A DNA stretch of 64,000 nt from Geosiphon pyriformis uo1. Lineage: Eukaryota; Fungi; Glomeromycota. The translations under genes and the position numbers were made by a program. Positions 40,801 through 52,157 of this stretch are shown here, one piece after another. Location of the stretch: the NCBI GenBank assembly GCA_016748015.1, contig JAAOMT010000046.1:706697-770696 (forward strand), read 5' to 3'. How positions within the stretch are numbered: position 1 is the first letter of the stretch; each line of letters begins with the position of its first letter. The notes beneath the pieces were generated by a model, which did no database searches, was not told the origin of the DNA, and was given only the letters and a program-made list of their open reading frames with translations.

Positions 40801-41934
40801 TTTATTATACTAATACTGTACATAAAAACCATGTCACCAATAACTGTATTTTGCTTTCTTGTCAGGTTTTTTGTCAAAGGTTTTTCTGAAGATATCATAG
40901 TAGAGCCAGCAGATCAGCTTGCCATTTACCATAATTCTTTCTTTGTCAGCTTTAACATTATTTAGTGGCTTGCCATTGCTGATGAAAATGGTATAGGCGA
41001 GTTTAGCAGTTTCTTCTTGTTTTTCTTGATCTTTATCATCGCTCTCATCATCATCTGATTCATTTGATTGTTCTTTTTTTTGGTTTTGCTTGGGTACTGG
41101 AGGGGTTGTTTAATAATAGCACTTAACCACAATGGGCTTTTTACCACATCTGATGGTTAGTTTGCAAAGTTCATAGTCAAGTAATGCTTTGGTTTTCTTA
41201 AGCCATTCATTACCAACAATGATGGTGTACTCTTTTGCTTCAAATACTTCCATATCAGTTTCAATGCTGATACTATTGATGTGAACAGAAATAGCTTTAG
41301 TTATGCCCAGATCTTTTTTTTTGTCACCATGTACATTGGTCATTGGTTTTATGAAAGACTCATCAATCTTTCTGCCAATTGCTTTAAAAAAATGTTTAGC
41401 AATTATACTAACAGATGATCTACTGTCTAGAATTAAATCAATGAAGTAACCAGCCACTTGGGCTTTACAAATCAGAGGGGTAACATTGCTGTTATCAGCA
41501 AGTCCAGCTTGGCGAGAGTGTTTGTTGGTTTTTGGTGTTTTTTTCTTTAGTATCAATGATTTGCGAAGATCTTTTCTGAACTGTGGATAGGTCATTAGTT
41601 GGCCAAATGTAATATGTGCTGGGGTTTCTATAAAATTTTTAACAACAGAATAGGGTCCAGATTTTTGTACAATTTCTGGAGATTCCAACTTTGGAAAATT
41701 TTTAAAAATCTTAGCCTTTGGTGGCTTATTGTTATTAACAGATGGTTTGGATGCTTTGTTTGGGTCCAAAACAAAATCAATCTTGGCTTTCTTCTTCTTT
41801 CTGGTTGATTCAGAGGTGTTAATTGCTAGTTCATCCATATTATGATTATTATCAGTTAGGTTAAAAGCATAAAAGGAGTTTTTTTCTGGTTGGCTTGCAC
41901 TCTCACTCTTTGGAGGTGCACCTACTAGTTTAAA
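37900..41934 (-). pseudogene. B2 pol (PR-RT-RNase H-IN)
   Basis: Track ORFs 41110-41838, 40174-40467, 39717-40232, 39464-39685, 38812-39204 and 38149-38418 in Gypsy domain order. Confidence 0.93.
41896..41934 (-). promoter_or_regulatory. -1 frameshift signal: TTTAAAC, 7-nt spacer, stem-loop
   Basis: TTTAAAC tagtagg TGCAC-CTC-caaa-GAG-tgaga-GTGCA; the -1 frame stays open for 32 codons into ORF 41110-41838. Confidence 0.8.
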
Positions 41935-43480
41935 GGCTGGTAAACAGTAGCTTCAACTAAAGGATCTTTTCCAAAGAAATTGATGTTGGCATGATTGGGC
42001 CTTTGATTGAGAACATTATTATTGTTGGGTCTGTTATTCTGGGTGTTATTATTTTTGGGAGCTGGAGAAGGCAATAAAGAATTATTACAGTCTCTAGAAA
42101 AGTGTTCAGTTAGTTCACAGCAATAGCACACAGGTGAGCCATGATTTTGTTGTCTTTGATATGATAATTGCTGGGGCTGATTGAAGTGGAGTTCAAATCT
42201 GGGTCTTTGGGGTTGTTGGTTGTCTCTGACTGCTTGGGCTAATGGTTCTAATAGCCAAGCAAGATTAGCTGTAAGTCTATCTATTAACTGTTCATTTGGG
42301 TCTTGAGTTTGGACAGCAAAAGAGATAGCAGCCATTTAGGGAGCAGAAGCCATAACAGAAGCAGAAGCAAAAACTGGAAGTGTGGATTCTAGATGCATTC
42401 TTTGATTGTCTTCTATTCTCTGAGCAAGTTCAATGGCCATATCCATCATGGGATTATTTTTCAAGGCCAGGAGGGGCCAAAGAGCATATGATAAATCAGT
42501 TCTCAGTTCTTTTGTAAAGGAATGTATTTTCTGCTTTTCTGTTCAATTTCTTCCAGAGTCTACCTGTTTAATGAGTTTTCTTATTGCTTTGGCATATTTT
42601 GTTACAACCTCACCAGAGCCTTGAGTTCTTCTTTCTAATTTCATATACTATTTTGAGATTAAGATAAAAGTTCTAAATTTTGTTTCAAACTGGGTAGTGA
42701 AAGAGGTGTTGTCTTCTCCACCATTTGCTGGTGCCCATTTAATGATTCTTTGTTAAGCATTGGCATTGGTTTCTTGTGAGAACCAAGTAGCAGGAGAGTC
42801 TTGGAGATAGTCACCAACAATTTGGAACTTGTATTCATTATCATATTGGTTTGCTGTGGCAGCTCTCTCAAAATCATCCAGCCATTTGATTGGATCTTGA
42901 GCATTATCTCTGAATAATGATAATGGGGTGTTGTTTCTTCACCCTAAAGCAGTCTGTATATCTTGAAGAGCAATCAAAATGTTTTGTTGTAGAGGGTTTT
43001 GAGCCATTGGTTCAGGTGTAACTGTTTGTGTGGAGTGTTCTGATTCACTTGAAAAGAGATCAAAAACAGAAGCAGTTTGATAGCTTTCTTCTTCTGTTTT
43101 AAGAGGAGTTTTTGTTGATTGATGGACAGCAATTCAAATGTGGATTTGATAATTCAGATATTCGAAATCAGGGAGCTGTTGTTCAAATATTGCAGAATAT
43201 AAGAGCTGATTGATACTGTTATTTCTTTCTTCAAAGTTGTCTTCAAAATAAGCTTGGTCAAAGTAATAGGTTGTATAAGCTGTATAGGTTTTAGCTGAAT
43301 GCTCATTCAGGAACCAGTTCCAAAAGTCTTAGAATTGTTTGCTGGATTGTTTTTCAATAGAAAAGCAAATCAAGCAGAAGGACAAAGGATTGAGTTTAAT
43401 AAAGTCTAGATCATTTTTGTTGTGTGCTTTAAAGTATTCTTCTGATTGTTGTGGCAGGTATGAATAATTACCCATACAAT
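41925..43480 (-). pseudogene. B2 gag
   Basis: DAQDPIKWLDDFERAATANQYD capsid-like region; Q/N-rich tail with a CX2CX4HX4C knuckle. Confidence 0.85.
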
Positions 43481-43503
43481 AGGAAACAAAGTAGATTTTA
43501 ACA

Positions 43504-43521
43504 ACCTCATAGGGAGCACCA
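43504..43521 (-). promoter_or_regulatory. Primer binding site of B2
   Basis: TGGTGCTCCCTATGAGGT next to the 5' LTR. Confidence 0.85.
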
Positions 43522-44898
43522 CTTTTATGTTACAGGTTGGAGTAATAAGCTAACGGATAGCAAAAAAGAACAGGATTGTAGAGTGATGGGAATAATCAAA
43601 GAGAATTCAACTTCAAAGAGCGAATTAAATAAGTATGAATTCAATGTGTGAGATCAGTCTTATAAAATATCTCAGTTGCTATTCTTTTCAAAGATAACCA
43701 GGGAATCTGAAGGTAAAAAAATAGTCTATACTGTCAACAAATGATCACACTTGGTATAATTCTATGCCTCATGTTAGCACTCTTAAAATTCAATATCAAG
43801 TATCAGATGTGCTCTTTAGTTACATTTTATTCAATAATCTCCAAATGTTGTAATTACACGTTTCAGGAAAAGGGTAAGGAATAACCAACAAGTAATTTTT
43901 TATCTTTAAGATGTTCAAATACTTGAAAGTAAGGAAAGAGAAATTAATGATAAGAGAAGGATTGAGATGAAAGTTGTTATTTTATTTATTTAATTTCCTT
44001 GATTTCTTTATACTTTTCTATAGTTAAAAGATTCATCGCTTATATAGCTATCAAAAGTGATCAATGATCAGATCAACAACTAGGTCAATGATCAGATCAA
44101 TAATCAGATCAATGGTTAGGTTATTGATCAGGTCAATAATCACTTATTAAAAATAGAGTGGCTAATTTATATGACATCAGTGGCTAATACATGTGATAAT
44201 TAATAAGAAGTATAAGTTTCAACCATAATAGTACCACAAACTAGCTTTTAAATAATGTTATCTAACTGAGTTATATGTTTTGTACATGTCTTACAAAACC
44301 AACCAAACTTCTTTTTTCTTTCCCAAAGCATTTTCAATTACTAAGTTAACAGAAAAAATAGAAAACTATGTCAAAGTATTCTTTAAAACTAAAAAGTTAT
44401 CCTTATAAAGAATGTTAAATTTACTGCAAGCAAAAAAAATCCGATTTGAAAGAATTTTGGAGAGAATTTTTCAAGCTGTTTTAATAAGAGCAATAGGATA
44501 AGTATTTGTCAAAATTCTATCCTATTTATAAGGTTTAAGTATTATTAAAACTCATATTTTCTTCTATAAAACCAAAATTATACTCAAAGCCAAACATAAA
44601 TTCAAAAGAACTAAGAAATTTCTGAAAACATTATCATTACAATGCTTTTATAATTCATTAAAGATACTACTTAGACTAGCAGTTTTCTTATTAAGCAAAT
44701 TTTTAACCACTTGAACCAATTTTTAAGACTAATAATGTTTATTACATCTAAAAATACACTATCTTTTACATGGTTCAAAGAAACATACTAATTAGTTCAA
44801 AGCCCAAGAAAAAACCCAAAAACTATCTGTTTTTTGATTCAATCTTCTATGATAGTATTAATTTTAATCTTAACATCTTCAGGTTCAAGAACCAGCAG

Positions 44899-47800
44899 AC
44901 TAAGAAATTATAAAAAAAATCATTTAGAATTTGTAAAATCTTTATTTTAATATTACCAAACTTATCTTGGACTAATAAGTAACTATTGGTTAACAGAATT
45001 AACTTTTAACTTCTACATTAACAAAAAAATTAAATCCTACTTGGAAAACTAAAGATATCAAGAAGCCATTTTTAAGAATTTCTATAGTAAACTATTACAA
45101 AACATCATACTTTTACCAAACTATTTGTTTGTACCACTAATCACAGAAATAAACAGAAAAATTGAGCATTACACTCAACAGAAATTTTTTATTACTTTTG
45201 TAGACAAAAAAAAATTACAAACTTTAACAGAAACACCAAAAAAAATACAACTGCTTACTTAAAAAAAACCAAGAATTATTTCACCTATTTATTTATTATA
45301 CCATTATATATCAGAAAATACTATATACATATTATTAAGATCTGTATTACCATTATCTACAAAAATACTATTATTTAGAGTACTATTTTAAAATAATCAA
45401 GAAAAAGCCAAATTATTAAAAATCTATGACAATTTCTTTAAAAAATTTAAATTGTGACTAACAACACTATTAAAACTTCAATCATTGTCATTTCAACCAA
45501 ATTTCGGATCTACCAGTTATTGAAAAAATATTGAATCAAAAAAAAAAGAAAACAGAGATCAGAAAAATAATAATCAAAACCTAATTTTAATTAATTCAGA
45601 AATACAAACTCCAATTGTTTAAACTCCACAAAATTTGAACAATTTAAACTTTGTTCCTATTATTTAACAAAACTTATCTCCAGTTATTATGATCAATCCA
45701 CTAGTTGTACCAATTACTGCATAACAACAATTTCAACAACAACCACAACAACAATAACTTGCATCAATAGCATATGCACCTATTGCCAAACTAAAAAAAT
45801 TCACTAGCAAAAAAAACAACATTTAAACATAACTAAATAATGTAGAAAAAGCCATTGCAGTCAACAGATGAAATGATACTAAAGCAATTTAAGCAATTCT
45901 TTACTTTTTTCAGAACACTGCTAATTTACAGTACCAGAATCTTGTAAACAAATCTTAAGATTTTAATACATTCAAAACTGTATTTCTACAGTATTTTAGT
46001 AATAATAATAGACTAAATTACTTTTTAACTAATTTCACCACAATCAAACAAGATAATACTAAAGCAGTTACTATTTACTTAGAATACTTTCACAGAAATC
46101 TGTGCCAAATTCAGACAATTTAAGCTGATTACTTTACAGCAACACAGATTTTAAACCAGTTTATTTATGAATTATACAGTAGTTTACTATAATAAGTATG
46201 TCTAATATACTTAAATACTCTCTAAGATGTAGTTACATACACCAAAAATTTTGAATCTAAATTGAATACCAAATTGAAGCAATTTGGTAAAGCTATTAAT
46301 CAGAAAATCAAGAGATATTTAGCTAATAATCAAGCAATTTAATCTTTTCAATATTATAACAACCAAAAAAACCCTAATTGCTTCCAAAATCAGTTGTATT
46401 TAATACTATCATTATTATTAAATCAACTATAACAACAAAAAACACATAATTGTTATCATTGTGGTAAATAAGGTCATTTAAAAACAGATTGCTATTTTAG
46501 ATTTAATAATCAATAATCAAAAAATCAATATTGAAATCCCAATTGCTAGTTTTAAACTCTGAATTATATTCAGAATTAAGAACAATATTAATATTAATTT
46601 TATTACATCTCAATGATATAACAACTAATATACTTATCTTTAATATATTAGACTCTAATACTAGTTATATATTAGCCACAGCCACAAATTCAAGCACCAC
46701 CCCAAATTACTGTGTCTATATTAACCAGAAATTCAAGACTAAAAATTACATACATACAACAAAACTGGAAATTGGTAATGATTATGTATCAACTAATTCC
46801 TAGTTTCTCAAACCAGTTATCAGAATTATATTAGTGGAGTTTGAAAAGTAAGTATATTCAAAACCCAAATTTTCAGAACTATTTAAGTCTCTTGATTATT
46901 CCAGAAAACAACTTATTTAACAACTTAAAAACCAACCCAATACCACTTACCAACAATATTTTACCAACAACAATTACTAAAAACAAATTATTTGCAGTTA
47001 TTTTTTCTGTTGAATTAAAAAAATCCTTAACAATACTTCTTTTTAGTGAAGTTATCCTTAACATCAAACTGATTACTACCATATACACAGATATTAAAGT
47101 TGATGGCCAACTTATTAAACTGATTCTTGATAGTGAGTTAGCAAACAATATTATCACATGACAACTCATAGACTAATTAAATTGTCAAGTTAATTGTATT
47201 GCCAACATTAAAATTATTATAGCTAATAAAGTGATAAAAACTCCTATTAGCAAAATTGATAATTTTTCTTTCAAAATTAATGGTATTATTACACAAATTA
47301 AAATATTGGTAATAAAAATTACATAATATCAAGCTCTTATTAATAATAACTGGCTGTTTAAAATTAATATTATATTTGACTAAAATATTCAAGAGCTCTA
47401 GTTAATATTTAATGGTCAGCATACTTAAATGCCTATTATCTATGAACATTTTAAAGCTCCTTTAAAAAAGCAATTATTAATCAAGTTGGAGGAAAAAAAA
47501 AACTTATCTGAGAAGTCTATCAAGCTTTATAAGCTAAAGATAAACACAACAAATTATTACCAATACTTTTCTGGAACAATAAAAGAAAAAAAAAAAAGAA
47601 GACAAACCAGAAATCACTACAATTACCAAAAAAATAATCAATAAGTAAAATAGATTATACTTTATAAACACAAGAAAAAAACTGTCATATATTCTACTTA
47701 AATATATCAATTATAATAAAAAGCTTTTTTTTATAGAAGTTTAGATTTTATCTAAAGAAGACTACTAGACACATACTCACTACTGCTGCAAACTGTGTTA

Positions 47801-50664
47801 TCAAAAACATTTTAAACATTCAAAATAACAAAAAAAATGGAACAACAAATTATGTTTTGCTTGTAGAGAAACTTTACTTAACAAAAGAATGTAGAATAAC
47901 ATTTCTGGTCAAAGAAGAATATATAATGTATTATGTTAATACATAATTCTTATAAACAACTAAGTAAGCTAAAAAACACTTTTTAATACTGTATAGAATA
48001 GAGCACTCTTATACTTAAACAGTTATTCACATAATAAGAATAAAATTTGGTAAATAGCAAGTGCCAAAATCAAAAACACTTCACCCAGTAAAATACTTAT
48101 TATTAAAAACAACTCACCAAAATTTGTTGAAACTGTTTTTATTTCCAACTCAGACATATTTATTGACATCTTAAGCAATTCAAAACAATTTTACAAATAC
48201 TATTAGGATTTAACACTTACTAAAGAAGAACAAAAGCAGCATTTAAAATAATTAAACACTAAACTTTGTAAACATTGCCTAATTTTTAGTAACTTCGAAT
48301 ATTGTAATGATTGTAATTTCATCTACAATCTACTACCATGCATAATTTATTCAATTTTCAAAGAAAAAAAACTAATCATAAATGTGCATTAGAATTAAAA
48401 TTAAAATTTAATTATAATTATATTTTAATAATAACAACAATAATGGTTCTAATACTGTTTACTATGGTAACAATAAAAACAACAATTCAAACTTTAATTA
48501 CAACTTTAAACAATATATCATGCTTTCAAATTTTTTAAAGAAGCAGAAACTTAAATGGTTTAGCAATAATAATAAAAATATTATGCCAAAATACATATAT
48601 AATACTAATATAAAGTTTGATCTCAGATATTTAAAAAAAACTGCCATCTAATTAGAACTTTATTCATGTTCTAATATAGATCTGAAAATAACACTAAAAA
48701 TTCCAGCAATAACAATAGTCTAATTAGTCTTTAGATCTAGTTTAGCAAAAAAGAGATTAATATTAGAAAAGGAATAATTAATATAAGATATATAGAAAAT
48801 ATTATTGCAATACTAGAAAATAATTCAGAAAAAGAATATATTATTGAACCAAACAAAAAAATAGCACAGACAATATTTTTGTCTCTAGTTAAAATAGTTT
48901 AATTAATGTCAATAAGAACAAAGAAAGAGTTAAAGATTATAGCAAGAGAGATAAAGAGATTTAGATCTATAAATAGAGTAAAAATACCAGTTAATATAAC
49001 AAAAAAAAAATTTATTAATAAGAAAAAATTATTTCCACTTATTAATCAATTTCTATTTTATCATATGATCAGTATATATTAGTTATAAAAAGAAAGGTAA
49101 AGAATCAACTCCAGATTTTTGAAGCTAAAACAAATATTTATAAATCAGAAGAAATTGGTATTACTAATCTCTATATATTAGCCAAAAATCATAAACACAT
49201 TAAAATTTTAATATATAACACAATTGAAAACTTTATAGAAATACCAAGTAGAATCATTATCAAATACTTAAGTATTGAAGTTGAAAATTAAGCATCTACT
49301 ACTATTTCAAACCTTTCATAACTTTGTAGATATGTGAATATTATATTACAAATCATATATGAATAAAAAGAATATTATTTGTTACAATCAAAACAATTAA
49401 AACAAATAAACTTAAGAAATTTAAACCCATTTTAATATATACAACTCAAAATATTACTCAACAATTTTAATAACATTTCGTCTATAAAAACAAATTTGGC
49501 AAAACTGATATTATTTAATACCAGATCAAAACTGGAAATACAATACTAATTAAACAAAAAGCATACAAAATATTATTAACCAGTTATGAGATTATTTAAC
49601 AAAAAATCAACAAAATATTAAACAACAAATTAATTCAATTATTAATAAGCCCATAGTTATTACCAATAGTACTTGTCCAAAAAAAGAATAGAAAAATCCA
49701 CTTTTGTGTAGACTACTGAAAATTTAACAATGTTATTTGGAAAGACAACTATTTAATTTCACAAATTCAAGAGTTATTTAATGCTTTTAAAGAGAAAAAA
49801 TGGTTTTTAACATTAAAATTAGATAGTAATTACTGACAAGTAGTCATAAATTTAGTTAATAAAAAGAAAATAGCATTTACAATCAAAAAAAAATTTTTGA
49901 ATTTGACATTATGTCTTTTGGCTTAATCAATACTCTAGCTATTTTCTAATAGCTCATAGAAATTGTTTATACTGAATTATTATAAAAATCAGTAGTAGTT
50001 TACTTAAATAACACCAATGTGTTTTTCAAAACATTTGATAACTATCTATATCATCTTCAATAAATGTTTGAAAAGTTAAAAAAAGCTGAACTAAAGTTAA
50101 ATGTTACTAAATGTTTCTTTGAAAAACTGAACTCAAATTTTTAAGACATGTTATAAGCAAAAATAGCATAAAAACAGATTCAAACAAAATTGAGATAGCC
50201 AAAAACTTTCCAGTATCAACAAATTTTATAGAATTAAGAACATTCTTGGAATTTGCTAAATACTATTGCTGTTTCATCCAAAACTTCTCTAAAATAGCAC
50301 AACTACTTTATCAGTTTTTAAGCAAAGAACATTAAATATAAATAGATTGAAATTCAACAAAAAGTTTTTAACAGCTTGAAAAGAAAACTTATCTTAGTCT
50401 TAGTATTAATCTATTTAAATTATAACAAGTCATATATTATCACTACCAATACATTCAGTCAAGCATTAAAAGTTGTATTGTCACAAAAAAAAGCTAATAG
50501 ACAAGAATATTTAATGGCATATGTTAGCCAAAGTTTAAGTTCAGCTAAAAAAAACTATGAAATTCCAGCATCAAAACACTTAGCTATCTATTAGGCTGTT
50601 ATCAAATAAAAGGAATACTTAAGTCAAAAATTTGATGTATACACTAATTACAAAAGATTGACAT
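44899..50664 (+). mobile_element. Gypsy copy E1, very eroded, lacking its 5' LTR and cut in RNase H by E2
   Basis: gag 44900-46500 (CYHCGK*GH knuckle), protease ILDSELAN at about 47125, Cys-rich region, dUTPase 48583-48980, RT 49550-50330, RNase H 50376-50664. Confidence 0.85.
48583..48980 (+). pseudogene. dUTPase domain within E1 pol
   Basis: KFDLRY, FRSSLAKK, GIINIRYIENII, KIAQ, AREIKRFRSI. Confidence 0.75.
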
Positions 50665-51489
50665 TGTTACAGGTAATTATTTGGGATCTCAAAGCAAATA
50701 ACAAACCCATAACTTGGTGTTCAATTGATATAATAATGTTGGTCTTTGAAAGTTTTGGTGGAGTTTTTTGTATAATAAACAGAGATTTAATTAATAGTTT
50801 TATTCATAGCTTTCTAAAACCACAATTTTGTCAATTATTTCTCAATGTGATAATCAGTAATCCTCCTGATAAGATATTCTCAATTCCGAGTGTCTATTCT
50901 TATTCCTGGGTCTTTTACCAGTACTATATTCTGATGTTAGTACCTTTACATGTAAATCCTTTTAATCAAGTTAGCAAAATAACAACAAAAATAAAAAATA
51001 AAAAATAAAAATAAAAAAATAAGCCAAGACAATTTACACATTAGTATCCTGTTAATAGCTGTGATCAAAAGCTATTGTTCTAGTATGGTTAAGTATAAAT
51101 TGCTATCAACATCAAGTGTTGATAGTGAGAAATAGATAAAGATAGTGAATAATTATTTTATTTATATTTGTGTTTAAAGATTGCCTAGATGAAATCTAAA
51201 CTAAGAGATCTGTTTTTTCTACTTTTAATACTACTGCTATATATACATAATTAAGATTTCTCAATTCCTCAATTTTTCACACCAGGAATCTTGAAATTCT
51301 TGAAATTCTGTAATTCTTTTGAGAAAAATCCTGGAATTCTGGAATTCTGTGATTTCTCATACAAGAATCCTGAAATTTCTGGAATCCTGCAATTCCTCTA
51401 AAAGGAATCCTGGAATTCCACATTTACTATGTCTATCTCTGATTGGCTAATTTATATGCTAATATACTTCTTATATTTTATAAGTAACA
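50665..51489 (-). repeat. Family E LTR (3' LTR of E2) with a GGAATCCTG/GGAATTCTG 9-mer array at 51260-51420
   Basis: Its 3' half is homologous to 57960-58465. Confidence 0.88.
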
Positions 51490-51502
51490 TTATTTTCTCT
51501 TT

Positions 51503-52157
51503 TTAATATTGAGCTCCATTAAGATCTCCTAATTCTAATTCTCTGTCTTTGAGTATTTCTTGAACTTCTTTTTCAAGAATTACTTAAGTTATCTTGTTTT
51601 GTAGTTTTTTAAATTAGACATTGGTTATTTTTCTTATTTGATTAATGATAATCAAGTCTATTGCTGAGTTGAGTAAGATTTTTGAACAATCTTGAAATTT
51701 GATTTGTAATCAATATATGGCTCATGCTTGTGTAGTTAGATTGTTCTTTTCCACAAATTGTTCAAGTTGTTATAATATTGTTGTATCAAATAGTCATTTT
51801 GTTTTGTTTGTATATAAGTTTTGAATATTCAGATGTTGTTCCAAGTGAAAATAACAAAAGTTTCTTGGAAATTGTTGTGTTCACCACTTCCAAGTTTCTT
51901 TAGTCACTTTTTGATATGGAGTAACACTTGTTGGCTCTTCTATTGTCAATTTTACTTTTAGAATTATTCTGTTAACAGTGCTTTCTGGTTTCTTTTGTAC
52001 TTTGTATGGGCATATTTTTCTAATATCTTGGTATTAAATAGTTTGTTGGTTGATAGTAATTTTCATATTCTGTTGTTAAATCAGTTGGAAGAGTTGTTGT
52101 GCCAGTATGTGTATGTTGTTAGTAATTTCTATATTCTTTTTGTTGTCTTTGTTGCAT
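51503..52157 (-). pseudogene. ORF3 of E2
   Basis: IHILAQQLFQLI...QLEQFVEKNNL...FQDCSKILL...INQIRKITNV*FKKLQ...DLNGAQY*, homologous to family A ORF3. Confidence 0.75.

Larger units (their letters stand above)
36522..44230 (-). mobile_element. Full-length Gypsy copy B2, 7.7 kb, TSD GTAC
   Basis: 703-bp LTRs at 36522-37224 and 43528-44230; GTAC on both flanks; gag with CYCCELTEHFSRDC knuckle, protease ILDSRSS, RT VYLDDI, RNase H HTDTSGYG, integrase; many stops. Confidence 0.96.
33780..44898 (-). mobile_element. LINE ORF2 relic (RT plus C-terminal RNase H), split by B2
   Basis: WLVL*DMYKTYNSV (44260-44310) joins across the GTAC TSD to IKICKRF...LDQSEVF (QG motif); AFVNII (eroded FVDD); YRYLEIFL; RNase H VYTNNF...IIKL*AI (35022-35207); stop at 33874. 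Confidence 0.8.

Noticed and set aside
41900-41950. Short GT-AG intron joining gag and pol
   Set aside because: It is very short and lacks a convincing donor or branch site; the slippery heptamer plus stem-loop explains the frame change better.
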